A stretch of DNA of 64,000 bases from Solirubrobacterales bacterium (GCA_036787695.1 DAIQOT010000001.1:3843-67842), one strand, 5' to 3'. Positions 27,269 through 35,953 are shown, counted from the stretch's first letter. Notes: generated by a model not told the origin, from the sequence alone. Numbers and translations: made by a program.

Positions 27269-28654
27269 CTAGGCCGCTACGGGAGCGGGCGCGGCATCGG
27301 TGAAAGCACCGCGGTACTGGGCGGCGGGGTGACGCTCGGTGAGGCGGTCGTGGCCGAAGAGCTTGTTCCGCAGCGTGCCCTCGCGGTAGCCGTCGGCGGC
27401 GAGGCCGCGCTCGCGTAGCGTCGGCATCACGTGGTCGATGAAGTCCTGGTAGCTGCCGGGGATCACCGCGTTGATCACGTTGACCCCGTCCACCCCGGCC
27501 TCGCGGTACTCGGCCAGCCGGTCGGCGATCTGCTCGGGGGTGCCGACGACGCGGGTGCGGCGGCTCATCAGGTGCATCACGTCGCGCACCGTCGGGTCGC
27601 CGCCGCCGGCCGCCTCGCGCAGCCACTGGAGGATGCCCTGGACGCCTTCGGTCGAGACCGCGTCGAGCGAGTCGTCGGGGTCGAGGCCGCCGAGGTCGAC
27701 GCCGATCGCTCCGCCCATGTGGGCGACCATCCCGTCGACGTCGATCTTCTCTTCGAGCTCGCGCTCGTTGCGCAGCGCCTCCTCCTCGGTCGAGCCGACA
27801 ACGAACGAGAGGCCCTGGAAGAACTTGATTTCGTCGCGCGTCCGCCCGTGCTTCTCGAGCAGGTCCCGCGTCTCGGTGATCTGCCTCCGCGCGTCGTCAG
27901 TTGAGGGGCTCTGGATGAACTGCGCCTCGGCGTGGCGGGCGCAGAAATCGCGGCCGACCGGCGAGGAGCCGGCCTGGAAGAGCAGCGGCGTGCGCTGCGG
28001 CGACGGCGTCACCAGGAACGGGCCCTCGCACTTGAAGTGCTCGCCGACGTGGTTGATCGGGTGGATCTTCGAGGGGTCGGCGTGGAAGCCCGACTCGCGG
28101 TCGGCGAGCAGCGCGTCCTCGTCCCACGATCCCTCCCACAGCTTGTAGAGGACTTCGAGGTACTCGTCGGCGATCGCGTAGCGGGTGTCGTGGGCGGGCA
28201 TCCCCTCCCAGCCGAGGTTGCGCCAGCCGTTCGGGTTCGCCCCGGTGACGATGTTCCAGGCGATCCGCCCGCGCGTCGCGTGGTCGAGCGTCGCCATCTG
28301 GCGGGCGAACTGGAAGGGCGGCGACTGGGCGAAGCCGAGGGTGACCGCGAGGCCGAGGTTCTTCGTCGCCGCGGCGAGCGCCGAGATGATCACCATCGGG
28401 TCGTTGGAGGGGATCTGCAGGCCGAGCTCCTCGTGGAACTCGGGGCCGCCGCGGAAGTCCGGGTAGAGGCCGATCACGTCGGCGAAGAAGGCCGCGTCGA
28501 AGCCGCCCGCCTCGAGTCGCTGGGCGAGGTCGATCCACATCTCGAGCTCGTTGAAGCGCAGCTGGTTGCCCTCGGGGTCGCGCCAGAGCCCGTGGATGAT
28601 GTGGGACGGCGTGTTCATCACGAAGGCGCAGAAGTTCAGTGGCTGGTCGTTCAT
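27269..28654 (-). CDS. LLM flavin monooxygenase, DszA/NtaA family
   Basis: 461 aa with NFCAFVMNTPSHIIHGLW, GRIAWNIVTG and TPLLFQAGSSPVGRDF blocks. Confidence 0.85.
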   Translation of the reverse strand: MNDQPLNFCAFVMNTPSHIIHGLWRDPEGNQLRFNELEMWIDLAQRLEAGGFDAAFFADVIGLYPDFRGGPEFHEELGLQIPSNDPMVIISALAAATKNLGLAVTLGFAQSPPFQFARQMATLDHATRGRIAWNIVTGANPNGWRNLGWEGMPAHDTRYAIADEYLEVLYKLWEGSWDEDALLADRESGFHADPSKIHPINHVGEHFKCEGPFLVTPSPQRTPLLFQAGSSPVGRDFCARHAEAQFIQSPSTDDARRQITETRDLLEKHGRTRDEIKFFQGLSFVVGSTEEEALRNERELEEKIDVDGMVAHMGGAIGVDLGGLDPDDSLDAVSTEGVQGILQWLREAAGGGDPTVRDVMHLMSRRTRVVGTPEQIADRLAEYREAGVDGVNVINAVIPGSYQDFIDHVMPTLRERGLAADGYREGTLRNKLFGHDRLTERHPAAQYRGAFTDAAPAPVAA

Positions 28655-28723
28655 GGGGGTGCTCCTATGGGGTGGGGAGAGTCGGACTAGCCGGGTGAAG
28701 CTGGTGAAGCGGGACGGCTTGGG

Positions 28724-29401
28724 TCAGGCGGCGAGGACTGTCGCGGCGCGCTGCGCGGCCTCGGTGCGGTTGCGGACGCCGAGCTTGCGATAGAGCGCGG
28801 TGGCGCTCTTCTTGACGCTGTCGGGGCCGAGGTGGAGGCGCTCGGCGATCTCGCGGTTGGTCTTGCCGGTGCCGAGCAGGAGCAGGATCTCGCGCTCGCG
28901 GTCGGAGAGGTCGAGGCCGCCGGCGGGGGCGGTGACCGGCAGGTCGAGCGGCTCGCCGGAGAGCACCGCGGCGCGGACCGAGTCGATCACTTCCTCGCCG
29001 GAGACGCCGGCGGGGAGGAAGCCGATCGCGCCGAGGCTGGCGGGCGTCGCCCCGGGTGTGGTGCGGCAGCGCGAGGTGAGCAGGATCTGCACGCCCGGGT
29101 GGGCCTCGCGGATCGCCGCCGTGATCGAGCCGGCGAAGGGGCCGATCTGGGAGATGTCAAGGATCGCCACGTCGGGCCGGTGGCGTCGGGTCAGCGTCAC
29201 CGATTCGGTGCTGTCGGCGGCGAGCAGGCAGCGTTCGATCCACGGCTGCTCGTCGAGGAGGGCGGCGAGGCCGATCCGGCTGGGCGCATGGGCGTCGATC
29301 ACGATCGCCCGGACCGAGGCGTCGGGGAGCGCGTCGGCGTCATCGAGCGGGGGCACGGCGGCGAGCGGTGGGGTCGGCAGATCGAGTTCGGCGGTCGGCA
29401 T
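28724..29401 (-). CDS. LuxR/NarL-type response-regulator-like protein with atypical receiver domain
   Basis: The C-terminal HTH (LSDREREILLLLGTGKTNREIAERLHLGPDSVKKSATALYRKLGV) is LuxR-type. The N-terminal receiver-like domain reads IVIDAH and DVAILDIS. Start taken as ATG 29401. TTG 29413 is the ORF-track start. Confidence 0.75.
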   Translation of the reverse strand: MPTAELDLPTPPLAAVPPLDDADALPDASVRAIVIDAHAPSRIGLAALLDEQPWIERCLLAADSTESVTLTRRHRPDVAILDISQIGPFAGSITAAIREAHPGVQILLTSRCRTTPGATPASLGAIGFLPAGVSGEEVIDSVRAAVLSGEPLDLPVTAPAGGLDLSDREREILLLLGTGKTNREIAERLHLGPDSVKKSATALYRKLGVRNRTEAAQRAATVLAA

Positions 29402-29402
29402 C

Positions 29403-30572
29403 TCAAGCGGCAAGATCGTCCTCCTCGATCTGGATCTGGCTGTAGGAGCCGCGGTAGAAGAGCAGCGGCTTGGCGCCCGGCTCGCGGTGCTCGAGGTGCT
29501 GGGCGAAGCCGACGACGATCTCGTGGTCGCCCGCCGGGTAGATCGACTGGACGTCGCAGGCGATCGTCGCCAGCGCCCCCGGGATCGTCGGCACGCCGAG
29601 GTCGTGGTCGTTGAACTCGACCTCGTGGGAGCGGACGGCGTCGCCCTTCTTGGCGAAGCGGTCGGAGTGGTGGCGCTGCTCGTCGGCGAGGATGTTGATC
29701 GCGAGACGGCCCGTCTCGCGGATCGCCGCCAGGGTCTCGGAGTTGCGCGCCAGGCAGGCGAGCAGCAGCGGCGGGTCGAGCGACACCGAGGAGATCGCGT
29801 TGGCCGTCGTGCCGACCGGCTTGCCGTCGCCGTCGCGCGCGGTGATCACCGAGACGCCGGTGGCGAAGTGGCCCATCACGTCGCGCATCAGCCGGCCGGT
29901 CTTGGCGATCTCGGCGGCGGCCGCGGGAGCCGCGGCGCGGACGTGCCGGGCGACGTCGGAGACGTCGAGGATCGCGAGGCCGTGGCGGGTGGCGAAGACC
30001 TCGAGGTCCTCCCCGGTCGCCATGTGGCCGTCCTCCCTCATCACCTGGCAGAGGACGCCGGCGCCGCGGAGACCGGCGACGCCGGTCAGCTCGACCGCCG
30101 CCTCGGTGCGGCCGGCGCGCTCGAGGATCCCGCCGGGACGCGCCCGCAGGGGGAAGATGTGTCCGGGCACGACGAGGTCGGCGGGGCCGCTCGCCGGGTC
30201 GGCGGCGACGGCGATCGTGCGGGCGCGGTCGCCGGCCGAGATGCCGGTGGTGACGCCCTCCTTCGCCTCGATCGAGACCATCGCCGAGTCGCCGAGGCTC
30301 GACTGGTTGCCGCGGTTGCCGATCTGCTCGAGGCCGAGTTCGACACAGCGCTCGGTCGAGAGCGCGACGCAGACGAGGCCGCGCGCCTCGGTGACCATGA
30401 AGTTGACCGCGTCGGCGTCGGCGAACTCGGCGGCGATGAGGAGGTCCCCCTCCCCCTGGCGCTCTGAGTCGTCGCGCAGCAGGACCATGCGGCCCGCGGC
30501 GAGCTCGTCGGTGGCGAGGGTGAAGGCGTCGGGCGCGGCGGGGATGTCGGGAACGAGGTCGAGCGGGTTCAT
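29403..30572 (-). CDS. Fusion protein: RibB-like domain + flavin reductase domain, paralog 2
   Basis: Same 1170-nt length as 2158-3327 when started at ATG 30572 (GGAGAA Shine-Dalgarno upstream). Same motif set (RQGEGD, PGHIFPL, AGRTEAAVEL, GHFATGVSVIT). Confidence 0.85.
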   Translation of the reverse strand: MNPLDLVPDIPAAPDAFTLATDELAAGRMVLLRDDSERQGEGDLLIAAEFADADAVNFMVTEARGLVCVALSTERCVELGLEQIGNRGNQSSLGDSAMVSIEAKEGVTTGISAGDRARTIAVAADPASGPADLVVPGHIFPLRARPGGILERAGRTEAAVELTGVAGLRGAGVLCQVMREDGHMATGEDLEVFATRHGLAILDVSDVARHVRAAAPAAAAEIAKTGRLMRDVMGHFATGVSVITARDGDGKPVGTTANAISSVSLDPPLLLACLARNSETLAAIRETGRLAINILADEQRHHSDRFAKKGDAVRSHEVEFNDHDLGVPTIPGALATIACDVQSIYPAGDHEIVVGFAQHLEHREPGAKPLLFYRGSYSQIQIEEDDLAA

Positions 30573-30624
30573 CGGGGGGTTCTCCATCGGTGGGTGGTGG
30601 GGCGAAGTCGGTGCGGGGCGGAGA

Positions 30625-32088
30625 TCACGCGGCCTCCCACTCGGTGGGAGAGCCGACCGAGTGCAGGCGGGTCGGCAGCGGGATCTCCTCGGTTTCGCCG
30701 GTGCGGACGATCTTGCGGGCGACGGCGCCGGAGTGGTCGCGGATCTCGGTGATCCCGATCGCCTCCCACTCGACGCCGCGGCGGAGGCTGCCGATCGCGA
30801 AGAGGCGTTCGGAGGGGTTGCCCTCGCGGTCGAGCAGCGCGCCGTGGTCGTCGACGTCGACGCCGAGGCCGAGGTCGTCGGGACGGGCGCGCCCCGCGCT
30901 GAGCAGCCCGGCGAGGACCGGCGGCGCCTGCCGGCGCAGGTCGTAGCCGGCGCCGGCGCAGTTGAGCACCCGGTCGACTTCGACCGACTCCAGCTCGTGG
31001 GCTCCGGGCTTGCGGAGGAAGACGCGGGCGCGGGAGCCGTGCGGCTCGACCGAGACGATCGAGGCGGCCCCGGTCTCCAGTCGCCCGCCGGCGACGAGCG
31101 CCTCGTAGCGGTCGGAAACCTCGGGCGCCATGCGGAAGCGGTGGACGTCCCAGAGACGCTGGTACTCGGTGAGGAACCGTTCCTTTTCGGTCAGCGACAA
31201 CGCCTTCCAGAGCGCCGGCGTCGCCGGCCGCATCGAGTCGATCACGTCGCGCCAGTCGTCGCCCTGCTGGGCGACGCGGCAGATCTGGGCGAAGATCGCG
31301 CCGACCATCGGCTCGACCGTCCCGGTCTCGGTCGGGATGTGGAAGCGGCGCAGGTTGGTCAGGTCGGTGCGGTGGCGGCGCGGGATCAGGCCGTGGCGGG
31401 AGACCGCGCGGATCCGCGGGCCGTCGGGCGCCTCGCCGAGCGAGAGCGCGACGTCGACCATCGAGAGACCGGTGCCGACGATCAGCACCGAGCGCGAGCG
31501 GCGCGCGTCCTCGAGCGCCCCCGCCTCCCAGGGATCGGCGATCCAGGTGCCCGCGGCCTTCAACTCCGGCGGCACCTCGATCGGGTCGCCGGCGATCAGC
31601 GGGCCGAGCGCCAGGATCACGCGGTCGGCCTCGATCCGCTCGCCGTCGGCGAGGGACAGCTCGAGCGGCGCCGACGCGTTGCCGAAGTGCTCGGCGATCG
31701 CCGTCACCTCGCCGGCGTGGCGGCGCAGGCGGGCGCTCGACGCCTCGCGCTCGGCGGTGGCCAGCAGGTCGCGTATGTAGGTGGCGTAGAGGCCGCGCGG
31801 CAGGAACGCTTCCTCGGCGACCGGTTCGCCGCGCCCGGCGAGCCACTCGTGGAAATGCTCCGGGTGCCCATGGATCGCCCCCATCCGCACGGCGGGGACG
31901 TTCAGCAGGTGGAGCGGGTCCTGGGTGCCGTAGGCGACGCCGCCGCCGAAGCTGCCGGTGCGGTCGATCAGGTCGATCTCCAGCGCCCCGCGTTCGCGGT
32001 GCTCGCGCAGCAGGTGGACGGCGGCGAGCGTCCCGGCGGCCCCGCCGCCGACGATCGCGATGCGCTGGGTGGCCTCGGCCGCGCTCAC
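30625..32088 (-). CDS. FAD/NAD(P)-binding oxidoreductase (PF13454-like), paralog 2
   Basis: 487 aa with IAIVGGGAAG and LIVGTGLSMVD. Collinear with 3380-4840. GTGA overlap with the upstream ssuD-like gene. Confidence 0.72.
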   Translation of the reverse strand: MSAAEATQRIAIVGGGAAGTLAAVHLLREHRERGALEIDLIDRTGSFGGGVAYGTQDPLHLLNVPAVRMGAIHGHPEHFHEWLAGRGEPVAEEAFLPRGLYATYIRDLLATAEREASSARLRRHAGEVTAIAEHFGNASAPLELSLADGERIEADRVILALGPLIAGDPIEVPPELKAAGTWIADPWEAGALEDARRSRSVLIVGTGLSMVDVALSLGEAPDGPRIRAVSRHGLIPRRHRTDLTNLRRFHIPTETGTVEPMVGAIFAQICRVAQQGDDWRDVIDSMRPATPALWKALSLTEKERFLTEYQRLWDVHRFRMAPEVSDRYEALVAGGRLETGAASIVSVEPHGSRARVFLRKPGAHELESVEVDRVLNCAGAGYDLRRQAPPVLAGLLSAGRARPDDLGLGVDVDDHGALLDREGNPSERLFAIGSLRRGVEWEAIGITEIRDHSGAVARKIVRTGETEEIPLPTRLHSVGSPTEWEAA

Positions 32089-33254
32089 CGCTGGGCCCCC
32101 ACGGCGAAGGGGACCGCGGTGCCCTGGCGGCCGCCGGAGGTGGCGGCCCCGGTCGCGTCAGGCGGTGACCAGAGCCCGCGGCGCTCGAGCAGCGGCAGGA
32201 CGCCCTCGCCGAACCAGTAGAGCTCCTCCAGGTGCGGGTAGCCGGAGAGGACGAACTCCTCGATCCCGGCGTCGGCGTACTCCTCGATCCGCCCGGCGAC
32301 CTCGGCGTGCGAGCCGACCAGCGCGGTGCCGGCCCCGCCGCGTCCGAGGCCGACCCCGGCCCAGAGGTTGGGGTAGACCTCGAGGCCGTCGCGCGAGCCG
32401 CCGTGGAGCTCGGTCATGCGGCGCTGGCCCTCCGACTCCGACCGGCGGAGCTTCGCCTGGACCTGGGCGATCGTCTCCGCGGGGACCGAGTCGAGCAGGC
32501 GCTCGGCCTCCGCCCAGGCGGCGGCGTCGGTGTCGCGGGAGATCGTGTGGAGGCGGATGCCGAAGCGCACCTCGCGGCCACGCTCCGCCGCCGCCTCCCT
32601 GACCCGCCCGATCTTCTCGGCGACCGCGGCGGGCGGCTCGCCCCAGGTGAGGTAGACGTCGACGTGCTCGGCGGCGACCTCGATCCCGGCGGGCGAGGAG
32701 CCGCCGAAGTAGATCTCCGGGCGCGGGTCGGGGAGGCGGTGGATGGTGGCGCCCTCGACCCGCAGGTGCTCGCCGGCGAAGTCGACGCTCTCGCCGTCCC
32801 AGAGGCGGGAGACGATCTCGAGGAACTCGCCGGTCCGGACGTAGCGCTCCTCCTTGCCGAGGAAGTCGCCGAAGGCGCGCTGTTCGGCCGCGTCGCCGCC
32901 GGTCACCACGTTGAGGAGCAGGCGCCCGTTGGAGTGCCACTGGAAGGTCGCGGCCATCTGCGCGGCGAGCGTCGGGCTGACCAGGCCGGGACGGAAGGCG
33001 ACCAGGAACTTGAGCCGCTCGGAGGTCTCCGCGAGCATCGCGGTGACCACCCAGGCGTCGTCGCACCAGCCGCCGGTCGGGGTGAGCGCCGCCTCGAAGC
33101 CGAGGTCCTCGGCGGCGGTGGCGACGCGGGTCAGGTAGGCGACCGAGGCCTCGCGCAGGCCTCCGGCGGTCCCCGCAGGGGGCGCCTCGCCGGTCTCGAT
33201 CAGGCCGCGGCCGTCGCCCTGGGTGGGCAGGAACCAGTGGAACTTCAGGGGCAT
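32085..33254 (-). CDS. SsuD-type LLM monooxygenase, paralog 3
   Basis: MPLKFHWFLPTQGD at ATG 33254, preceded by a GAGGAG Shine-Dalgarno. NVVTGGD and SESEGQRRM blocks are present. ATG 33275 is the ORF-track start. Confidence 0.85.
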   Translation of the reverse strand: MPLKFHWFLPTQGDGRGLIETGEAPPAGTAGGLREASVAYLTRVATAAEDLGFEAALTPTGGWCDDAWVVTAMLAETSERLKFLVAFRPGLVSPTLAAQMAATFQWHSNGRLLLNVVTGGDAAEQRAFGDFLGKEERYVRTGEFLEIVSRLWDGESVDFAGEHLRVEGATIHRLPDPRPEIYFGGSSPAGIEVAAEHVDVYLTWGEPPAAVAEKIGRVREAAAERGREVRFGIRLHTISRDTDAAAWAEAERLLDSVPAETIAQVQAKLRRSESEGQRRMTELHGGSRDGLEVYPNLWAGVGLGRGGAGTALVGSHAEVAGRIEEYADAGIEEFVLSGYPHLEELYWFGEGVLPLLERRGLWSPPDATGAATSGGRQGTAVPFAVGAQR

Positions 33255-33281
33255 GGAACTCCTCGCGTCAGTCATCAGAGG

Positions 33282-34688
33282 TCAGGCCGCCCGAGCCCCG
33301 GCGGCGAGCGCCTCGGCCTCGCCGAGTCGGCGGTAGGAGGCGCCGGGGTGGCTCTCGGGGAGGCGCGGACCGGCGCCGAAGAGCTTCTCCCGCAGCGTCC
33401 CCGGCCCGTACTCGGTGGGCGCGACGCCGCGGCGCTGCAGCTCCGGGATCAGGTGCTCGACCAGGTCGACGAAGGTGCCGGGCGTGATCGCGTAGGCGAG
33501 GTTGAAGCCGTCGACGTCGGAGTAGTCGATCCACTCCTGCATGTGGTCGGCGACTTCGGCGGCGGAGCCGACGGTGCGCGGGCCGAGGCCGCCGATGCCG
33601 CCCCAGCGGGCGATGTCGCGGACCTTCCACTCGCCGCCCTCGGGGTCGGCCTGCTGGAAGGCGGCGACGGCGGAGTGGATCGCGTTCGACTCGACCTCGC
33701 CGATCGGGTCGTCGAGGCTGTACCGGGAGAGGTCGACGCCCATCCAGCCGGAGAAGAGGGTGAGCGCGGCCTCGTCGTCGGCGTAGCGCTCGAGGTCGTC
33801 GTGCTTGGCCCAGGCCTTCTCTTTCGTCTCGTCGACGATCGCCGTCAGCAGGGTGTAGATGCGGGCGTCGTAGGGGTCGCGGCCGACCTCGACCATGCGC
33901 CGGCGGATGTCGCCGACGACCTCTTTGAGGATCTCCTTGGTCGGCGCCGCGGTGAAGATCGCCTCGGCGTGCTCGGCGGCGAACTGACGGCCGCGGCTGG
34001 AGGCGCCGGCCTGGTAGATCACCGGGCTGCGCTGCGGCGAGGGCTCCGACAGGTGGATGCCGGGGACCTTGAAGAACTCGCCGTCGTGGCCGATCCCGTG
34101 GACCTTGCTCGGGTCGGTGAAGATGCCGGCGGCGCGGTCGCGGATCACCGCGTCGTCCTCCCAACTCCCCTCCCAGAGCTTGTAACAGACCTCGAGGTAC
34201 TCGTCGGCGACGTCGTAGCGGTTGTCGTGGTTGAGCTGGTCGGCCTCGCCCATGTTCTCGGCGCCGCTCTTCAGGTAGGAGGTGACGACGTTCCAGCCGA
34301 CGCGGCCGTCGGTGAGGTGGTCGAGCGTCGACATCCGGCGGGCGAAGGGATAGGGGTGCTCGAAGGAGATCGAGGCGGTGAGGCCGAAGCCGAGGCCCTC
34401 GGTGACCGCGGCCATCGCCGAGACCAGCATCGCCGGGTCGTTGACCGGGACCTGGGTGGCGTGACGGACCGTCGCGTCGCGGTTGCCGCCGTAGACGTCG
34501 TAGATGCCGAGTACGTCGGCGATGAAGAGCCCGTCGAAGCGTCCCCGCTCCAGGAGCTGCGCCAGGTCGGTCCAGTAGGAGAGCTTCTTGTAGTCCCAGG
34601 CGTGGTCGTCCGGATGCCGCCAGAGGCCCGGCGACTGGTGGGCGACGCAGTTCATGTCGAAGGCGTTTAGGCGGATCGGTCTGGGCAT
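33282..34688 (-). CDS. LLM flavin monooxygenase, DszA/NtaA family
   Basis: 468 aa with NAFDMNCVAHQSPGLW, GRVGWNVVTSY and SPVIYQAGASSRGRQFAA blocks. First gene of the long minus-strand array. Confidence 0.85.
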   Translation of the reverse strand: MPRPIRLNAFDMNCVAHQSPGLWRHPDDHAWDYKKLSYWTDLAQLLERGRFDGLFIADVLGIYDVYGGNRDATVRHATQVPVNDPAMLVSAMAAVTEGLGFGLTASISFEHPYPFARRMSTLDHLTDGRVGWNVVTSYLKSGAENMGEADQLNHDNRYDVADEYLEVCYKLWEGSWEDDAVIRDRAAGIFTDPSKVHGIGHDGEFFKVPGIHLSEPSPQRSPVIYQAGASSRGRQFAAEHAEAIFTAAPTKEILKEVVGDIRRRMVEVGRDPYDARIYTLLTAIVDETKEKAWAKHDDLERYADDEAALTLFSGWMGVDLSRYSLDDPIGEVESNAIHSAVAAFQQADPEGGEWKVRDIARWGGIGGLGPRTVGSAAEVADHMQEWIDYSDVDGFNLAYAITPGTFVDLVEHLIPELQRRGVAPTEYGPGTLREKLFGAGPRLPESHPGASYRRLGEAEALAAGARAA

Positions 34689-34705
34689 CTTCGTCTATTC
34701 TCTAG

Positions 34706-34728
34706 TAAGTCGATCAACAAAGGACTTA
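34706..34728. promoter_or_regulatory. Interrupted dyad TAAGTC-N11-GACTTA in the lysR / LLM divergent intergenic region
   Basis: Perfect 6-bp inverted arms with an 11-nt spacer, read directly. It lies 18 nt upstream of ATG 34688, so it may lie in the 5' UTR rather than at a classical LysR site. Confidence 0.35.
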
Positions 34729-34822
34729 ATGCGAACGCGGATGATGCACCGGCCGTTCCATGCCTGTCAAATCGGACTTTCGGGTAGCCCTATAGTCTTT
34801 CCTTACCTAGTCGGTCAACTTT

Positions 34823-34839
34823 GGTGAAATAACTTCACC
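34823..34839. promoter_or_regulatory. Palindrome GGTGAA-ATAAC-TTCACC upstream of lysR
   Basis: Perfect 6-bp arms, 30 nt upstream of ATG 34869. Possible autoregulatory site. Confidence 0.25.
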
Positions 34840-34868
34840 AAGCCACGTCCCCTCCAGTCAGGGATCCC

Positions 34869-35783
34869 ATGCGAATCCAGCAGCTCGAATACGCCGTCGC
34901 CGTCGCCCGCTTCGGCTCCTTCCGCCGCGCCGCCGAGGCGCTCCATCTCTCCCAGCCCGCGCTGAGCGAGAACGTGCGGCGGCTGGAGCGGGAGCTCGGG
35001 GTCGAGATCCTCGACCGGCGGCGCTCCGGGGCGACCGTGGGCGAGCACGGGCGCGAGCTCCTCCCCCACATGCTCGCCGTGATCGAGGCCGCCGACACGC
35101 TGAAGCGGGCCGCCGACGAGAGCCGCCAGCTGAGCCGCACGGTGCGGGTCGGGACGGTGACCGCGGCGACGGTGCCGCTGCTCGCGCCGACGATCCACGC
35201 CTTCCGCGACTCCCACCCGACGACCCTGGTCGAGATCCTCACCGCCCAGCAGACGGGCATCCACCGGGCGCTGCTCGAGGGCTCGATGGACCTCGGCCTC
35301 GTCAACTACCTCGACGGCGACGACATGCCGCCCGAGTTCGAGTCGACCGAGCTCCTCCGCGGCCACCCCGTGGTCTGCCTCCGCCCCGACGACGACCTCG
35401 CCTCCTCGAAGACGATCCGCAGCGCCGACCTCTGGGGCCAGCCACTCATCGCGATGCGCGCCGGCTACGTCATGCACCGCTACGTCATGCGCCTGCTCGA
35501 CGGCCGCGAGCCGACCTTCTCCTACTCCGCCGACGGCGCCGAGATGGGCAAGCTGATGGTCGCCGCCGGCCTCGGCATCGCCGTCCTCCCCGACTACTCC
35601 GTCGTCGGCGACCCCCTCGAGCGCAGCGGCGAGATCACCTACCGCCCCCTCTCCGACGACCTGACCAACGTCCTGCTGGTGCTGCAGCGCCGCCGCTCCG
35701 CCCCGGCCAACAACGCGATCAGCGACCTGCACGATCTGTTTGTGGCCGAAGCCGGACGAGCGAGCGAGGTCGCCGCGGCCTGA
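34869..35783 (+). CDS. LysR-family transcriptional regulator
   Basis: The N-terminal HTH (MRIQQLEYAVAVARFGSFRRAAEALHLSQPALSENVRRLE) is canonical LysR. It is divergent from the sulfur cluster. Confidence 0.9.
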   Translation: MRIQQLEYAVAVARFGSFRRAAEALHLSQPALSENVRRLERELGVEILDRRRSGATVGEHGRELLPHMLAVIEAADTLKRAADESRQLSRTVRVGTVTAATVPLLAPTIHAFRDSHPTTLVEILTAQQTGIHRALLEGSMDLGLVNYLDGDDMPPEFESTELLRGHPVVCLRPDDDLASSKTIRSADLWGQPLIAMRAGYVMHRYVMRLLDGREPTFSYSADGAEMGKLMVAAGLGIAVLPDYSVVGDPLERSGEITYRPLSDDLTNVLLVLQRRRSAPANNAISDLHDLFVAEAGRASEVAAA

Positions 35784-35791
35784 CTCCTCAC

Positions 35792-35842
35792 GGCGTGCCC
35801 ATCCCCACCTAGGGCCGACGGTTAGGTGGGGACGGGCACGCC
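35792..35842 (+). terminator. Long hairpin after lysR
   Basis: Arms GGCGTGCCCATCCCCACCTA / TAGGTGGGGACGGGCACGCC match at 19 of 20 positions. Starts 9 nt after the stop. Confidence 0.65.
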
Positions 35843-35953
35843 TTACTGGGCCGGGCGGCCCGGCCGCTGCGGACTGGTGATGGCCGGACGCCGGAACTCG
35901 CCCGCGGTGCGGCGTGTCGTCCAACCCGCCGGCTCGCCCAATATCTTCGCGGG

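Noticed and set aside
29611-32220. 869-aa plus-strand ORF, and similar long ORFs (e.g. 1939-3510, 32232-34670, 40393-42834, 43246-44931, 9678-11381)
   Set aside because: They are antisense or off-frame shadows of well-supported genes in roughly 70% GC DNA. Their translations are Arg/Gly/Asp/Ala-rich low-complexity sequence with no recognisable motifs.
34706-34728. Calling the TAAGTC-N11-GACTTA dyad a classical LysR T-N11-A box
   Set aside because: The symmetric positions 12 nt apart are C and G, not T and A. The dyad is only 18 nt from the start codon, which is the wrong position for a -65 LysR recognition site. I kept it only as a low-confidence regulatory candidate.
34815-35924. 369-aa minus-strand ORF opposite lysR, and 35809-36997 ORFs opposite dcm
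   Set aside because: They are antisense to genes with canonical LysR and Dcm motifs, and they have no motifs of their own.
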